A stretch of DNA of 64,000 bases from Solirubrobacteraceae bacterium (GTDB lineage Bacteria > Actinomycetota > Thermoleophilia > Solirubrobacterales > Solirubrobacteraceae): NCBI GenBank assembly GCA_036498265.1, contig DASYFT010000005.1, forward strand, positions 13,832-77,831. Direction: 5' to 3'. Made by a program: the position numbers and the translations under genes. The notes under the pieces were generated by a model. The model worked only from the letters and a program-made list of their open reading frames with translations. It was not told the origin of the DNA and ran no database searches. Shown in pieces: positions 1-9,611 of the stretch (within the stretch, counting starts at the first letter, position 1; every line of letters starts with the position of its first letter).

Positions 1-1745
1 GCCCGCCGGCGCCGCACCTCGCGCGGAGCATCGTCATATCCGCCGAGCAGCCCGACAGCCACTTCTTCGCCGCCAATCTGCCGCTCGCACGCGAGGCGGG
101 AGCGGTATTCGACATCAACCCTCGCTCCGTTCGTGCGTACCGAGCCGCGGGCATCGAGGCATCCCTGCTGGAGGTGGGTCACACCCGGCTCTGGGACCGC
201 TTCGAGCGCACACGGGACGGGAACGGCGGAGAGCCATCCCGGGCCGGGGCTGCTCCGCGCAGAGACATCGACATCCTCTTTCTCGGCAGGATCAGTCACC
301 GGCGGGAGCGTGCGCTGGCGGGCTACGCGGGCATCTTCGAACGCTTTCGTTGTCATCTCGGGCTCTCCGACAACTCCCGCCCGAATGTGGCGACCGGTGC
401 AACATTCGTGGCCGGGGATGACAAGCGCAGCCTTCTCGCCCGTTCGAAGGTGCTGTTGAACATCCACGGCGAGAACGAGCCCTACTTCGAGTGGCTTCGC
501 GTGGCCGAGGCGATCTGCGCCGGGTGCGCCGTCGTGAGCGAGCATTCGTCCGACTTCGCGCCGCTCGAATGGGGCCGCCACGTGCTCACGGGTGATCTGG
601 GAAGCCTCGGCCTGCTCTGCGCCTATCTCGCAGAGGACGATCCGCGACGTGAGGAGATGAGCACCCAGGCTTACGAGCTTCTCGCGCGTGAGAGGCCGAT
701 GTCCACCGCGGCGCTCGAGCTCATCTCGGCCGGAGAGAGAACCGACGCGGCGCCGGTGGGAAGGGACCTCGAACTGGTGACCCGGCAGGAGCGCGCGCGG
801 GGTCACTTCCGGGAAGCTCCACCCCCGTTCGAGCATCAGCCGCTCGAACGTACGGACCTCTCGGACGGCGACACGCTCGTGCTGAGGGCTCTCAAGCACC
901 AGCTCCTCGCCCTGGCGGGCCTCCGGCGCCAGCTTGCGCGGATCGAGCTCGCGGTGCGAGAGGAGACGCGGAGCGAGCCGCAGACGCGCGTGGTGACCGA
1001 TTCGCCGGGATGGAGCGCCGGTTCCCCGCGCAGTCTCAGCGTCATCGTCCCGCTCTACAACCATCGGGACGACATCGTCGCGGCGCTGGGCTCCCTGGAG
1101 CGCTCCTCGCGATTGGACTGGGAGGCGGTGATCGTCGACGACGCCTCCACGGATGGCGGCGGAGGTGCAGTCCAGGACTGGCTCGAGTCGCGTCCGCACC
1201 TCGCCTGCCGGTTGGTGGCACACGAGCTGAACCGCGGGCTTCCAGCCGCGCGAAACACGGGCGTGCACCACGCTCGCGCGGATCGCCTGCTCATGCTCGA
1301 CGCCGACAACGAAGTTCGCCCCGCAGGTATCGGCCGCCTGATGGATGCGCTCGACGCCGATCCGAAGGCAAGCTTCGCCTACGGGATCATGGAGCGCTTC
1401 TCCGCCGATGGACCCACGGGCCTGGTCAGCACCTTCGGCTGGGACCCGGAGCGTCTCCGGAGCAGCAACTACATAGACGCCTTCTCGCTCATCCGGCGTG
1501 AGGCGATTGTTGCCATGGGGGGCTACACCGAGGAGGCGCGCCTTTTCGGATGGGAGGATTACGACCTCTGGGTTCGGATGGCGGAGGCCGGTCGTCACGG
1601 TACGTTCGTGCCCGAGATCGTCGCGAGGTACAAGGTGGGCCACAGCTCGATGATCTCGCTCACCAACGTGTCGACGGCAGACGCATACGCGGCACTCGCC
1701 GATCACGCCCCGAACCTGATGAGCGGCCTGCGGATACCACGTTGA
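1..1745 (+). CDS. two-domain glycosyltransferase, 5' end outside the window (GT1-like N-terminal part plus GT2 C-terminal domain)
   Basis: The frame of ORF 174..1745 stays open back to nt 3 (PPAPHLARSIVISAEQPDSHFFAANLPLAREAGAVFDINPRSVRAYRAAGIEASLLEV...), so the GTG at 174 is probably internal. The C-terminal half has a GT2 signature: SVIVPLYNHRDDIVAALGSLERS, VIVDDASTDGG, LMLDADNE. Confidence 0.7.
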   Translation, partial: PPAPHLARSIVISAEQPDSHFFAANLPLAREAGAVFDINPRSVRAYRAAGIEASLLEVGHTRLWDRFERTRDGNGGEPSRAGAAPRRDIDILFLGRISHRRERALAGYAGIFERFRCHLGLSDNSRPNVATGATFVAGDDKRSLLARSKVLLNIHGENEPYFEWLRVAEAICAGCAVVSEHSSDFAPLEWGRHVLTGDLGSLGLLCAYLAEDDPRREEMSTQAYELLARERPMSTAALELISAGERTDAAPVGRDLELVTRQERARGHFREAPPPFEHQPLERTDLSDGDTLVLRALKHQLLALAGLRRQLARIELAVREETRSEPQTRVVTDSPGWSAGSPRSLSVIVPLYNHRDDIVAALGSLERSSRLDWEAVIVDDASTDGGGGAVQDWLESRPHLACRLVAHELNRGLPAARNTGVHHARADRLLMLDADNEVRPAGIGRLMDALDADPKASFAYGIMERFSADGPTGLVSTFGWDPERLRSSNYIDAFSLIRREAIVAMGGYTEEARLFGWEDYDLWVRMAEAGRHGTFVPEIVARYKVGHSSMISLTNVSTADAYAALADHAPNLMSGLRIPR

Positions 1746-1805
1746 ACGACTCGACGGCTTCCCTCCAGCGCCACCATCCGTCTCCGAGCGCCGAACCTGC
1801 GCTCC

Positions 1806-2708
1806 ATGGCTGATCCGGAGTCCGATCCCTTTCTCCCGTACCTCGCCGCCTACCGCCGGCAAGTCCCCGACTGGCAGCATCGCGCAGCGGAGGCGCAGGA
1901 GCGCAGAACCATCGGCGAGGCAACCGAGACCGACCCCCGTCTCCTCTACGTCAACCTGCTCAAGCGTTCGCTGACGGGCCTGACGCAGGCAGAGCTGATG
2001 ACCGCGACGCCGCGGCCCCAGGACGGCACGGTCAACGTCGCACCGCTCTCCGGGGAGCTACGGGAGCGTCGCGAATACGGCGCGGACTGGCCGGTCGAAG
2101 GACAGACGATGATCGGGCTCGACAGGCTGGAGAACATCCAACGCTGCATCGAATCGGTACTCGATGACGAGGTCCCCGGTGACCTGATCGAGACGGGTGT
2201 ATGGCGTGGAGGCGCCACGATCTTCATGCGAGGAGTTCTGAAGGCGTACGGCGTCGAGGATCGGACAGTGTGGGTGGCTGACTCCTTCGCGGGCCTGCCG
2301 ACGCCCGACCCTTCCCTGGGCATCGACGACGACGACTGGTTTCACAAGGTCGACTTCCTTGCGGTGAGCTTGGGGCAGGTCCGAGCCAACTTCGCTCGCT
2401 ACGGGCTCCTCGACGACCAGGTCCGGTTCCTGGAGGGTTACTTCAGCGACACGCTTCCAACGCTTCGCGGGCACCGGTGGTCGGTCCTCCGACTCGACGG
2501 AGATCAGTACAGATCAACTATGGACGCGCTCGAATGCCTCTATTCGGGACTCTCGCCCGGCGGTTACGCGATCATCGACGACTATGGAGCCGTGGACGCG
2601 TGCCGCCAGGCGGTCGACGAGTTCAGGCGCAAGAACCTGATCGATGAACCGCTCGAGTGGATCGACTGGAGCGGCGTCTACTGGCGAAGGCGCCTGCCGG
2701 TTGACTGA
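1806..2708 (+). CDS. TylF/macrocin-O-methyltransferase family SAM-dependent methyltransferase
   Basis: 300-aa ORF with GDLIETGVWRGGATIFMRGVL, VWVADSFAGLP and LRLDGDQYRSTMDALECLYSGLSPGGYAIIDDY, typical of the TylF family. Confidence 0.85.
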   Translation: MADPESDPFLPYLAAYRRQVPDWQHRAAEAQERRTIGEATETDPRLLYVNLLKRSLTGLTQAELMTATPRPQDGTVNVAPLSGELRERREYGADWPVEGQTMIGLDRLENIQRCIESVLDDEVPGDLIETGVWRGGATIFMRGVLKAYGVEDRTVWVADSFAGLPTPDPSLGIDDDDWFHKVDFLAVSLGQVRANFARYGLLDDQVRFLEGYFSDTLPTLRGHRWSVLRLDGDQYRSTMDALECLYSGLSPGGYAIIDDYGAVDACRQAVDEFRRKNLIDEPLEWIDWSGVYWRRRLPVD

Positions 2709-2754
2709 AGAGCTCTCGCCGTCCCGCACTGCGGACTCGTCGGGACAGGCGCGG

Positions 2755-4191
2755 TTGACCGTTTGCCTGTTCACCCACGACGGAAGGCGCGACGTGCTTG
2801 CCGACGCTCTCGCGAGCGTGTTTGACCAGATCGACTCTCCCAACCTGTCCGAGGTGAATGTCTGCGTCACGGACAACGCGTCCTTGGACGGCACGCAGGA
2901 GCTGATCGAAGGGCTGGTCCAAGACCACGGGGAGCGGCTGCGCTACCACCGTCATCCACGCGATCTCGGACTCTCGCGGAACCTGCTGTCCTGCGTAGCG
3001 CTTGCGCAGAGTGAGTACTGCTGGATCCTCACATCCGACGACGCCATCGAGCACGGGGGAGTTGCCCGTGTGCTCGAGCTGATCGAAGCGGCTGGTCTCC
3101 CCCCGGGCGTGGTGGTCAACAAGGCCAACTTCGACGTCACGTTGACGATGCTTGCCGACCAGGGCGCGGACGACTTCTACCCTCCCGAGCAGCGGCGGAC
3201 AGTTCAGTATGAGGACTCGAACGAGTTCATCTCGGACTGCGGTCTCCTCACGAGCCTCGTGTCGACGCTCATAGTCAGGCGCGAGGCGTGGCTCCAGGCG
3301 CTCGGGGAGCTCGGCGGCGACGCGTTCGCCGATACCACGATATTCCCGCACCTTCCGATAATGGCGAGGATGGCTCGCCGAGACCCTCGCTGGGTGTGGT
3401 GTCCGGCAAAGCTCGTGCGGGTTCGCATGGACAATGCGTTCCTCTCAAGCGACGAAGGGTGGAGCGTCGATCAGATCCACACGCGGCTCCTCGCCGACAT
3501 GAGTCGGATGTGGTCCGTGCACCTCGGATCCCGGAGCCGCGTGCGACTTTCACTGCTGAGGCGTGCCTTCAGGACGTTCGCCGCCCCGAACGTCTTGCGG
3601 ACGACGGCTCCCGGCGGGCGGCCTTTGCGCGCCCGCCTGGCGTTGATCCGGGCCTACATGGCAATCTTCTGGTGGTTGCCCGAGTACTGGGCCCGGGCGG
3701 TTCCGGCGCTCCTCCTCGCCGGGGTGACCGCTCGCCTCAGGCGGTTACCCGAATCCGAGACGCTTTCCCTCGATCAGCGCCTCGCGCGCGTCGATGCACG
3801 TGAGGCGCCACGTGAGGTTCCTGCCCGCCATGAGATCACCATCCGGCTGGGAATCCAGAACGCGGGATCGGCGACGTTCTCTCCGCGTCAGCCGCGCGCC
3901 GTGGTGATCGGATATCGCTGGCACGACGCCGACGGCGCGATCGAGTTGCAGGGGCCACCGCTACCGCTGCCGCGGGCGCTCTCACCGGGACAGAGGCTGA
4001 GTTGCGACGCACGGGTGCTCACGCCCGTACGACCCGGTGCGTACAGGCTGCAGATTGCCCTCGCGCAACAGGATGTCGGCTGGTTCGACGATCGTGATCC
4101 GCAGCACTCCTGTTGGCTGCCCATAGACGTGCGCGCCTACGGGTGGACCGATCGCCCAGGCCGCCGACGAGCGCTCCCGAGCCCGTCCTAG
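2755..4191 (+). CDS. family 2 glycosyltransferase with extra C-terminal beta-rich domain
   Basis: In the frame of ORF 2644..4191. LTVCLFTHDGRRDVLADALASVFDQ and VCVTDNASLDGTQELIE give the GT2 N-terminal fold. The start is uncertain: TTG at 2755 or TTG at 2701. ORF-track start 2644 overlaps the TylF gene. Confidence 0.75.
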   Translation: MTVCLFTHDGRRDVLADALASVFDQIDSPNLSEVNVCVTDNASLDGTQELIEGLVQDHGERLRYHRHPRDLGLSRNLLSCVALAQSEYCWILTSDDAIEHGGVARVLELIEAAGLPPGVVVNKANFDVTLTMLADQGADDFYPPEQRRTVQYEDSNEFISDCGLLTSLVSTLIVRREAWLQALGELGGDAFADTTIFPHLPIMARMARRDPRWVWCPAKLVRVRMDNAFLSSDEGWSVDQIHTRLLADMSRMWSVHLGSRSRVRLSLLRRAFRTFAAPNVLRTTAPGGRPLRARLALIRAYMAIFWWLPEYWARAVPALLLAGVTARLRRLPESETLSLDQRLARVDAREAPREVPARHEITIRLGIQNAGSATFSPRQPRAVVIGYRWHDADGAIELQGPPLPLPRALSPGQRLSCDARVLTPVRPGAYRLQIALAQQDVGWFDDRDPQHSCWLPIDVRAYGWTDRPGRRRALPSPS

Positions 4192-4278
4192 CCGGCCGGC
4201 ATTCACGTCAGGTCATCCGTCGAGCGACCGGCGCACCCCGTCAAGCGCTTCCCCTACCCTGCCGATCCAAGAAACGCG

Positions 4279-5421
4279 ATGGATCGCGCCCTCGACTCCT
4301 GGACATCACCGAGCCGCCGCGCGCGAAAAGCGCTTGGCCTTGTTCCCTGCCTCCTGCTGGCGGGCCTGCTCGCGCTGCTCGTCGCGCCCGGCTCGAGCCG
4401 CGCCGCGATCACCACCTTCGGCAGCCCGCTCTCCGTGCCGGCGACGCTGACCACGTCCGACGGGCTCGGCTATCGCGGGACGGACACCCCGGTCCCTCCG
4501 AACCCCGAAGCGCCGAACGGCCTCTTCCACACCGCCCATTTCGGCGCCGACACCGCGCTCTGGAACGTCCGGGTGCCCGGCGGCCAGGCCGGTGCGCCAG
4601 TCGCGGGGCAGGCCCTGAAGGTGAGGGTCGAGGGCTGCGCCAACGCCGCCCCAGACGGGCCGGCTCCGCTCACCCAGATCCACATCCAGGACCTGTCCCC
4701 GCTGCCCGACGGCGGTGCCAGGGTCAACACCAGCTCGCAGGCCTTCGACCTGCCGGTGTGCGGTCAGAGCGGCGTGGGCGCCTCGACGGTCACGACCTAT
4801 GAGCCGATCAACCTCTGCGTCGCCCAGGGCGACTACGTCTCTTTCAACGACAACGGCGGCTACGTCCCCAACGTCTACCGCAGCGGCGTCCCCTACCAGG
4901 TCATCGGGGCGGTTCCGGGATCCACGATGGACTCCTTCATCAGGAGCAACGGCACGGGCAACGGCTCGACGCTGTCCGGCCGGGACACCAGCGCCAACGA
5001 CGGCTTCGCCTCGAACGCGAACGAGGAACTGATGCTGCAGGTGATCGAGGGCAGCGGCCCCGACGCCACCCACAACTGCGCCGGAGGAACCGCGGGCAAG
5101 CCGGCCGTTATTCCGCTCCCTCCGCTGAAGATCAGGCCGCAGACCGACGGCGTCAACCGCTCCCGTGTGATCAACGTCGCCGTCTACTGCCGGCCCGCCG
5201 GCGGCTGCGCCGGCCTCGCCACGCTCGGGCTCTCCGGAAAGACGTCGGGCTACGGGCAGACAGCCTTCACCCTGCCGGGCAACAAGACCTCCCACCTCGC
5301 GATTCGCGTCGCCCCGCGGCTGATGAGCATGATCCGTCGGCGCCACGGCGTCTCGGCGGTCGTCACCGCCACGATGGGCGGCAAGACCTTCTCGCAGGCG
5401 ATCACGATCAAGATCCTGTAG
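4279..5421 (+). CDS. secreted hypothetical protein (signal peptide)
   Basis: N-terminal KALGLVPCLLLAGLLALLVAPGSSRAA signal-like segment and an N/S/T/Y-rich mature part. The antisense 406-aa ORF is R/A/G-rich junk. Confidence 0.6.
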   Translation: MDRALDSWTSPSRRARKALGLVPCLLLAGLLALLVAPGSSRAAITTFGSPLSVPATLTTSDGLGYRGTDTPVPPNPEAPNGLFHTAHFGADTALWNVRVPGGQAGAPVAGQALKVRVEGCANAAPDGPAPLTQIHIQDLSPLPDGGARVNTSSQAFDLPVCGQSGVGASTVTTYEPINLCVAQGDYVSFNDNGGYVPNVYRSGVPYQVIGAVPGSTMDSFIRSNGTGNGSTLSGRDTSANDGFASNANEELMLQVIEGSGPDATHNCAGGTAGKPAVIPLPPLKIRPQTDGVNRSRVINVAVYCRPAGGCAGLATLGLSGKTSGYGQTAFTLPGNKTSHLAIRVAPRLMSMIRRRHGVSAVVTATMGGKTFSQAITIKIL

Positions 5422-6106
5422 CGACCCTCGCGCCCTGCTTGCACACGCGCGACGTCGTGCCGCCCGTCCAGCTCCGGCAGCGCAGCTCCTGGGGAGCACC
5501 CCGCAGGGCCAGCGCTGCGGCGCCACCCGGCACGTCGAGCTCGCCGATCCACAGCTCCTGCTCGGGCTTCGCCGGCGACCTGGCCCCGAAGCCCGTCCCC
5601 ATGCACTTCAGCGCCGCCTCGCGCCGAACCCACATCCTCAGGAACTCCCGCTCCCGGCGCTCGGCATCGAGCGTCTTCAGGCGCTCGGCGGGCCCGACGC
5701 CGAAGACGCGCGCCGCCAGGGCCTCACGGTTGCGCTGTCCACGGCCGCCCAGCTCGACGTCGACGCCCACGGGACCGGCCCTGCTGAACGCATAGAGCGC
5801 CACCCCGCGCGAGTGGGACATGTTGAAGGAGAGTCCCGGCTCGGTCAGATGCATGCCGGTTCCCGCGCTCGAGGCGCCCTCAGGCTCCAGCACCGGCTTG
5901 CCGCCGGCTTCCTCCGTGAAATGCAGCGAACGAGGGTCCAGATCGACGTGGCCTCCGAGCAGCGCGCGGAGCACGCCACGGCTGCGTGCCCACAGCCGCG
6001 CTCCGGGCTTGCGCAGCGACGCAGCCGCGCGCCCCCGCTCGCCGTCCGAGAGCAGCTCTGTGATCTCCTCGCCGACGCTCGCCAGGTCCACGTGCCAGAC
6101 CTCCAC
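5408..6106 (-). CDS. 4'-phosphopantetheinyl transferase (Sfp-type)
   Basis: FNMSHSRGVALYAFS, VGVDVE and FLRMWVRREAALKCMGTG motifs. The GTG at 6106 (VEVWHVDL) gives a typical 232-aa protein. The ORF-track start at 6283 is probably too long. Confidence 0.8.
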   Translation of the reverse strand: MEVWHVDLASVGEEITELLSDGERGRAAASLRKPGARLWARSRGVLRALLGGHVDLDPRSLHFTEEAGGKPVLEPEGASSAGTGMHLTEPGLSFNMSHSRGVALYAFSRAGPVGVDVELGGRGQRNREALAARVFGVGPAERLKTLDAERREREFLRMWVRREAALKCMGTGFGARSPAKPEQELWIGELDVPGGAAALALRGAPQELRCRSWTGGTTSRVCKQGARVATGS

Positions 6107-6242
6107 GCAGCCGGTGGCGAGCGGCCCGTCGGGTGGTGCCGACCGCCGGTGCTGCGGCCATGAACGTGCTGGCGGGCGGAGGGCCGTCGCGGGTGGCAAG
6201 AGGCGAATATAGAGCGCAGCCGGACCGGTAGTCTCCGCCGCC

Positions 6243-6812
6243 GTGCGCGCGCTCACGGTACGTCTCGCCGGCCTGGTGGTCATCCAGCCCTCCGTCCATG
6301 GCGACGAGCGCGGCTTCTTCAGCGAGACCTACCGGCACAACTGGCACGGCGAGCTCGGCATCCCGCCCCAACGGCAGTTCGTGCAGGACAACCACTCGCG
6401 CTCGGCCTTTGGCGTGGTGCGCGGCATGCACTTCCAGGTGGGGGAGGGCGTCGCCAAGCTCGTCCGCTGCGCACGCGGGCGGATCCTCGACGTGGCGGTC
6501 GACCTGCGCCGCGGCTCGCCGACCTACGGCCAGTGGGAGGCCGTGGAACTGGACGACGAGAGCATGCGGGAGCTGTACGTGCCGGTCGGCTTCGCCCACG
6601 GCTTCTGCGTCCTCAGCGAGGTGGCAGACGTGCTCTACAAGCAGACCGCCTACTACGACGCGGACCTCGAACGGGGCATCGCCTGGGACGACCCCGACGT
6701 GGGGGTGCAGTGGCCGCTCGCCCGCGAGCAGCTGATCGTCTCCGAGCGCGACGCCGCCGCTCCGACCCTCAGCGAGATCAGCGGGGAACTGCCGTTCGAG
6801 TGGCATCCTTAA
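6243..6812 (+). CDS. rmlC: dTDP-4-dehydrorhamnose 3,5-epimerase
   Basis: HGDERGFFSETY, FVQDNHSRSAFGVVRGMHFQ and KLVRCARGRILDVAVDLRRGSPTYGQW are classic RmlC/RfbC motifs. Confidence 0.9.
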   Translation: MRALTVRLAGLVVIQPSVHGDERGFFSETYRHNWHGELGIPPQRQFVQDNHSRSAFGVVRGMHFQVGEGVAKLVRCARGRILDVAVDLRRGSPTYGQWEAVELDDESMRELYVPVGFAHGFCVLSEVADVLYKQTAYYDADLERGIAWDDPDVGVQWPLAREQLIVSERDAAAPTLSEISGELPFEWHP

Positions 6813-6818
6813 CGCCGT

Positions 6819-7886
6819 ATGCGTGCACGTCTTGAGCGCCTGCGCGAGCGCACGAACGGCTACACGGTCACCCCGGCGCAGTACGCCGTGGCGGCCTACG
6901 TCGCCCTGGGCGCGCTCACGCTGATCGTGCTGAGCGGTGCCGCCGTGCGGCTGACCGGATCGGGGCTCGGCTGCCCGGACTGGCCCAAGTGCTACGGGAA
7001 GGCCTACCCGCCGCTCAACGCCCACGCCGTCATCGAGTTCTCCAACCGCGTGATAACCGCTCCCGTCTCGATCGCCGCGGGTGCGGCCTGGGTGCTCGCC
7101 CTGCGCCGGCGCCCCTATCGCCGCGACCTGGCCTGGCTCAGCGGCCTACTGCCGCTGGGCGTGATCGGCCAGGCGGTGCTCGGCGGTTTCACCGTACGGG
7201 GCGCGCTCGACTACGGCTGGGTGATGGGGCACTTCGCCCTCTCGATGCTGATCATCCTCGCCGCGGCGGCGCTTGCCTGGCGGGCGACGCACGAGGCGGA
7301 TGCGGAGCCCGCGGCGGACGCGCAGGCGCCGGCCGACCAGGCCCCCGTGGCGGCGCACTCGGCGAGGGCCGCGGCCGGCGAGCGCACGCTCGTGTGGTCG
7401 CTGCGCGGGCTCGCGGCGCTCGGTGCGCTCACGATCTTCGCGGGGACCGCCGCCACCGCGGCGGGCCCCCACGCCGGCGGCTCTCCCGGCCAGCGGATCA
7501 ACCGCCTGAGCTTCGACGGCCGCGGCACCATGGACTTCGTCATCCACCGTCACGGCGAGATCGCCCTGGCGTTCGGGCTGGCCTCGCTCGCCGTCTGGTG
7601 GCTGGCCCGGCGCAATGCCGCCGCCCCGATGGTGCGGCGCTCGCTCACGGCCCTCTGCGTGCTGCTGGCCCTGCAGGGCGCGGTCGGGCTCGACCAGTAC
7701 AAGACGCACCTTCCCACAGAGCTCGTGTGGGTCCACGTGGGGCTGGCATGCGCCGCCTGGCTGGCCGTCCTGTGGGCCACCCTGGCTGCCGGCCGCCTGG
7801 CGCCGCGGGGCGCCAGAGACGCTCCGGAGCGCCCCGCGGAGGCACCCCTCAGGACCACGGCCCCCCTTGAGTTCCCCGGAAATTAG
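6819..7886 (+). CDS. ctaA: heme A synthase (COX15/CtaA family)
   Basis: GSGLGCPDWPKCYG motif, multiple TM segments and conserved His-containing helices. Confidence 0.85.
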   Translation: MRARLERLRERTNGYTVTPAQYAVAAYVALGALTLIVLSGAAVRLTGSGLGCPDWPKCYGKAYPPLNAHAVIEFSNRVITAPVSIAAGAAWVLALRRRPYRRDLAWLSGLLPLGVIGQAVLGGFTVRGALDYGWVMGHFALSMLIILAAAALAWRATHEADAEPAADAQAPADQAPVAAHSARAAAGERTLVWSLRGLAALGALTIFAGTAATAAGPHAGGSPGQRINRLSFDGRGTMDFVIHRHGEIALAFGLASLAVWWLARRNAAAPMVRRSLTALCVLLALQGAVGLDQYKTHLPTELVWVHVGLACAAWLAVLWATLAAGRLAPRGARDAPERPAEAPLRTTAPLEFPGN

Positions 7887-7981
7887 GGGGTCCCTTCGCC
7901 ATATGGCCCGTGTTTTGGCGTGTCGTCGTCCTCACGAACGGTTAGCCTGGCGGCAGCAACGACACTCGAGAAGGGAGTGGC

Positions 7982-8257
7982 ATGACCAAGAACGAGCTAG
8001 CTGAGCAGGTCGCGGAGCGCACCGGGCTGTCCGCCAATCAGGCAAGGCAGGTGGTTGAGGCGGCGATCGACACGGTCTCCGACGAGCTGGCCCGCGGGGG
8101 GGAGGTCTCGATTGCCGGCTTCGGCAAGTTCAGCGTCAGCCAGCGCGCCGCCCGCCAGGGACGCAACCCCTCGACGGGGCAGCCCATCCAGATCAGCGCC
8201 TCCAAAGCTGCGAAATTCTCCGCGGCGAGCGCCCTCAAGAAGCGTCTGAACCCCTGA
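7982..8257 (+). CDS. hup: HU family nucleoid-associated DNA-binding protein
   Basis: MTKNELAEQVAERTGLS...GFGKFSVSQRAARQGRNPSTGQPIQISASKAAKFSA is near-canonical HU. An AAGGGAG RBS lies upstream. Confidence 0.95.
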   Translation: MTKNELAEQVAERTGLSANQARQVVEAAIDTVSDELARGGEVSIAGFGKFSVSQRAARQGRNPSTGQPIQISASKAAKFSAASALKKRLNP

Positions 8258-8279
8258 TCCATTGATGCGCGATCGCCGT

Positions 8280-8306
8280 GTCACCGGCCCCCGGCGGGCC
8301 GGTGAC
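8280..8306 (+). terminator. stem-loop downstream of hup (11-bp perfect stem GTCACCGGCCC/GGGCCGGTGAC, 5-nt loop)
   Basis: Read directly from the sequence, 23 nt after the hup stop. There is no clear U-tract, which is common in high-GC actinobacteria. Confidence 0.5.
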
Positions 8307-8418
8307 CGGTGAGGCGTCGGCTTTCCGGCAATCCTTACCGCTCGGTAACGAATCCTTAAGCCCGGCAGGGGACGCTTGTTCGGCCCCGAACCCCCTCCTC
8401 GAAAGCCGGGTGTCGCCG

Positions 8419-8832
8419 ATGAGACTCACAGATCCTCCGCGGGCCGCGCCGCCGCGCCGCTACAGCTCCGTGGCCCGCTTCTACGCCGGCGATCCGCGGC
8501 GCGTCGACTCGCCCGAGCTCGACGTGGGGCTCTGGTGGCGCGAGGACGCCGCCGGTCCGCTCCACAGGGCCGCCTGGGTGTCGGAGACCGGAGAGCTCTA
8601 CGTGGTGCGTCTGGGACCATCCGAGGACGGCGGCGGCCAGGTCGAGTTGCTGGCCAGCGTCGCCGACCGCGACCGCCTCGAGCGCATGCTCGACGGCTGG
8701 CGCGAGCGCTGCGGACGCCCGGGATCGCTCAGATGGCTGCGCTCGCGCGCCGCCCAGCCCCGGTGCCGGGCGTCGAGCCGATCTGGACGTTCGTTCGAGG
8801 CGCGTGATCTTCTGGCCGCTCGGCTGTCTTAG
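8419..8832 (+). CDS. hypothetical protein
   Basis: ATG at 8419 in ORF 8278..8832. The coding-like sequence YSSVARFYAGDPRRVDSPELDVGLWWRE...GELYVVRLGP has no recognised domain. Confidence 0.5.
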   Translation: MRLTDPPRAAPPRRYSSVARFYAGDPRRVDSPELDVGLWWREDAAGPLHRAAWVSETGELYVVRLGPSEDGGGQVELLASVADRDRLERMLDGWRERCGRPGSLRWLRSRAAQPRCRASSRSGRSFEARDLLAARLS

Positions 8833-8888
8833 TCTCGTACCGTCACCGAGCGGCCGTCCGATCATCGGCGGTCTAGGAGGTTGCAACG

Positions 8889-9470
8889 ATGAAACGGATC
8901 GTTCTCGCCGCAGTCGCCTCATCCTTGCTCGCACTGGCCGCACCGGGCGTGGCATCGGCGCATCACGGCAAGCACCATCGCGCCGGCACGCACAAGCGAC
9001 ACGCCAAACGAGCACGGGTGATCACGTTCGGCAGCGCCGCTGCGGCGCCGACCACGCCGACCACGCCGACCACGCCGACGCCCGCCGGGAAGGTGGCCTC
9101 GTTCGAAAAAGGCGTCCTGACGATCACGCTGGCCGACGGCTCGACCGTCAGCGGGAAAGTGACCGAAGAAACCCAGATCGAGTGCCGCTCGGCGACCGCG
9201 CCGACGGGCACGGGTCACGACGACCAGGGCGGCGGCGACGACGAAGCCGGCCGCTTCAGCGGCGAGCACGGTGGACCGGTGCAGGCCACGGCCTCCAACC
9301 ACGACGAGAACCAGGAACAGCAGGGTGACGACGATGCCGCCGAGGACACCGGCCAGTCGACGACCTGCACGCCCGAAGCGGCCCTGGTCAAAGAAGCAGT
9401 CGTCGGTGAGGCAGAGCTCAAGCTGAGCAGCGCCGGAGCCGTCTGGGAGAAGGTTGAGATCCTCCAGTAG
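8889..9470 (+). CDS. secreted hypothetical protein with His-rich and (PTT)n segments
   Basis: GGAGG RBS, signal peptide MKRIVLAAVASSLLALAAPGVASA, then HHGKHHRAGTHKRH and PTTPTTPTTPTP. Confidence 0.6.
   Translation: MKRIVLAAVASSLLALAAPGVASAHHGKHHRAGTHKRHAKRARVITFGSAAAAPTTPTTPTTPTPAGKVASFEKGVLTITLADGSTVSGKVTEETQIECRSATAPTGTGHDDQGGGDDEAGRFSGEHGGPVQATASNHDENQEQQGDDDAAEDTGQSTTCTPEAALVKEAVVGEAELKLSSAGAVWEKVEILQ
9048..9080 (+). repeat. 9-bp tandem repeat (CCGACCACG x3 plus a partial unit), in frame, encoding PTTPTTPTTPT
   Basis: Read directly from the sequence, inside CDS 8889..9470. Confidence 0.8.
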
Positions 9471-9503
9471 TCCTCCTCTCCGGGGAGCCAGAGCAGCGTC
9501 GGC

Positions 9504-9529
9504 AGGGGCCGGTCGGACGACCGGCCCCT
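9504..9529 (+). terminator. GC-rich hairpin (AGGGGCCGGTCG..CGACCGGCCCCT) followed by a T-containing tail
   Basis: Perfect inverted repeat 34 nt after the stop of CDS 8889..9470. Confidence 0.55.
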
Positions 9530-9611
9530 TGCCCGTTCCCGGATCTCCGTCCGGCGCGCTTCGTTCTCCGGCTCCGCGGTCTCGGCCCCCGGCCCCCGGG
9601 ACAGGGGCGCG

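Noticed and set aside
9048-9080. Tandem repeats at 9048, 11929, 23859 and 52275, considered as possible CRISPR-like arrays.
   Set aside because: The units are directly adjacent with no spacers. Three of the four are in-frame coding low-complexity repeats. There are no cas genes.
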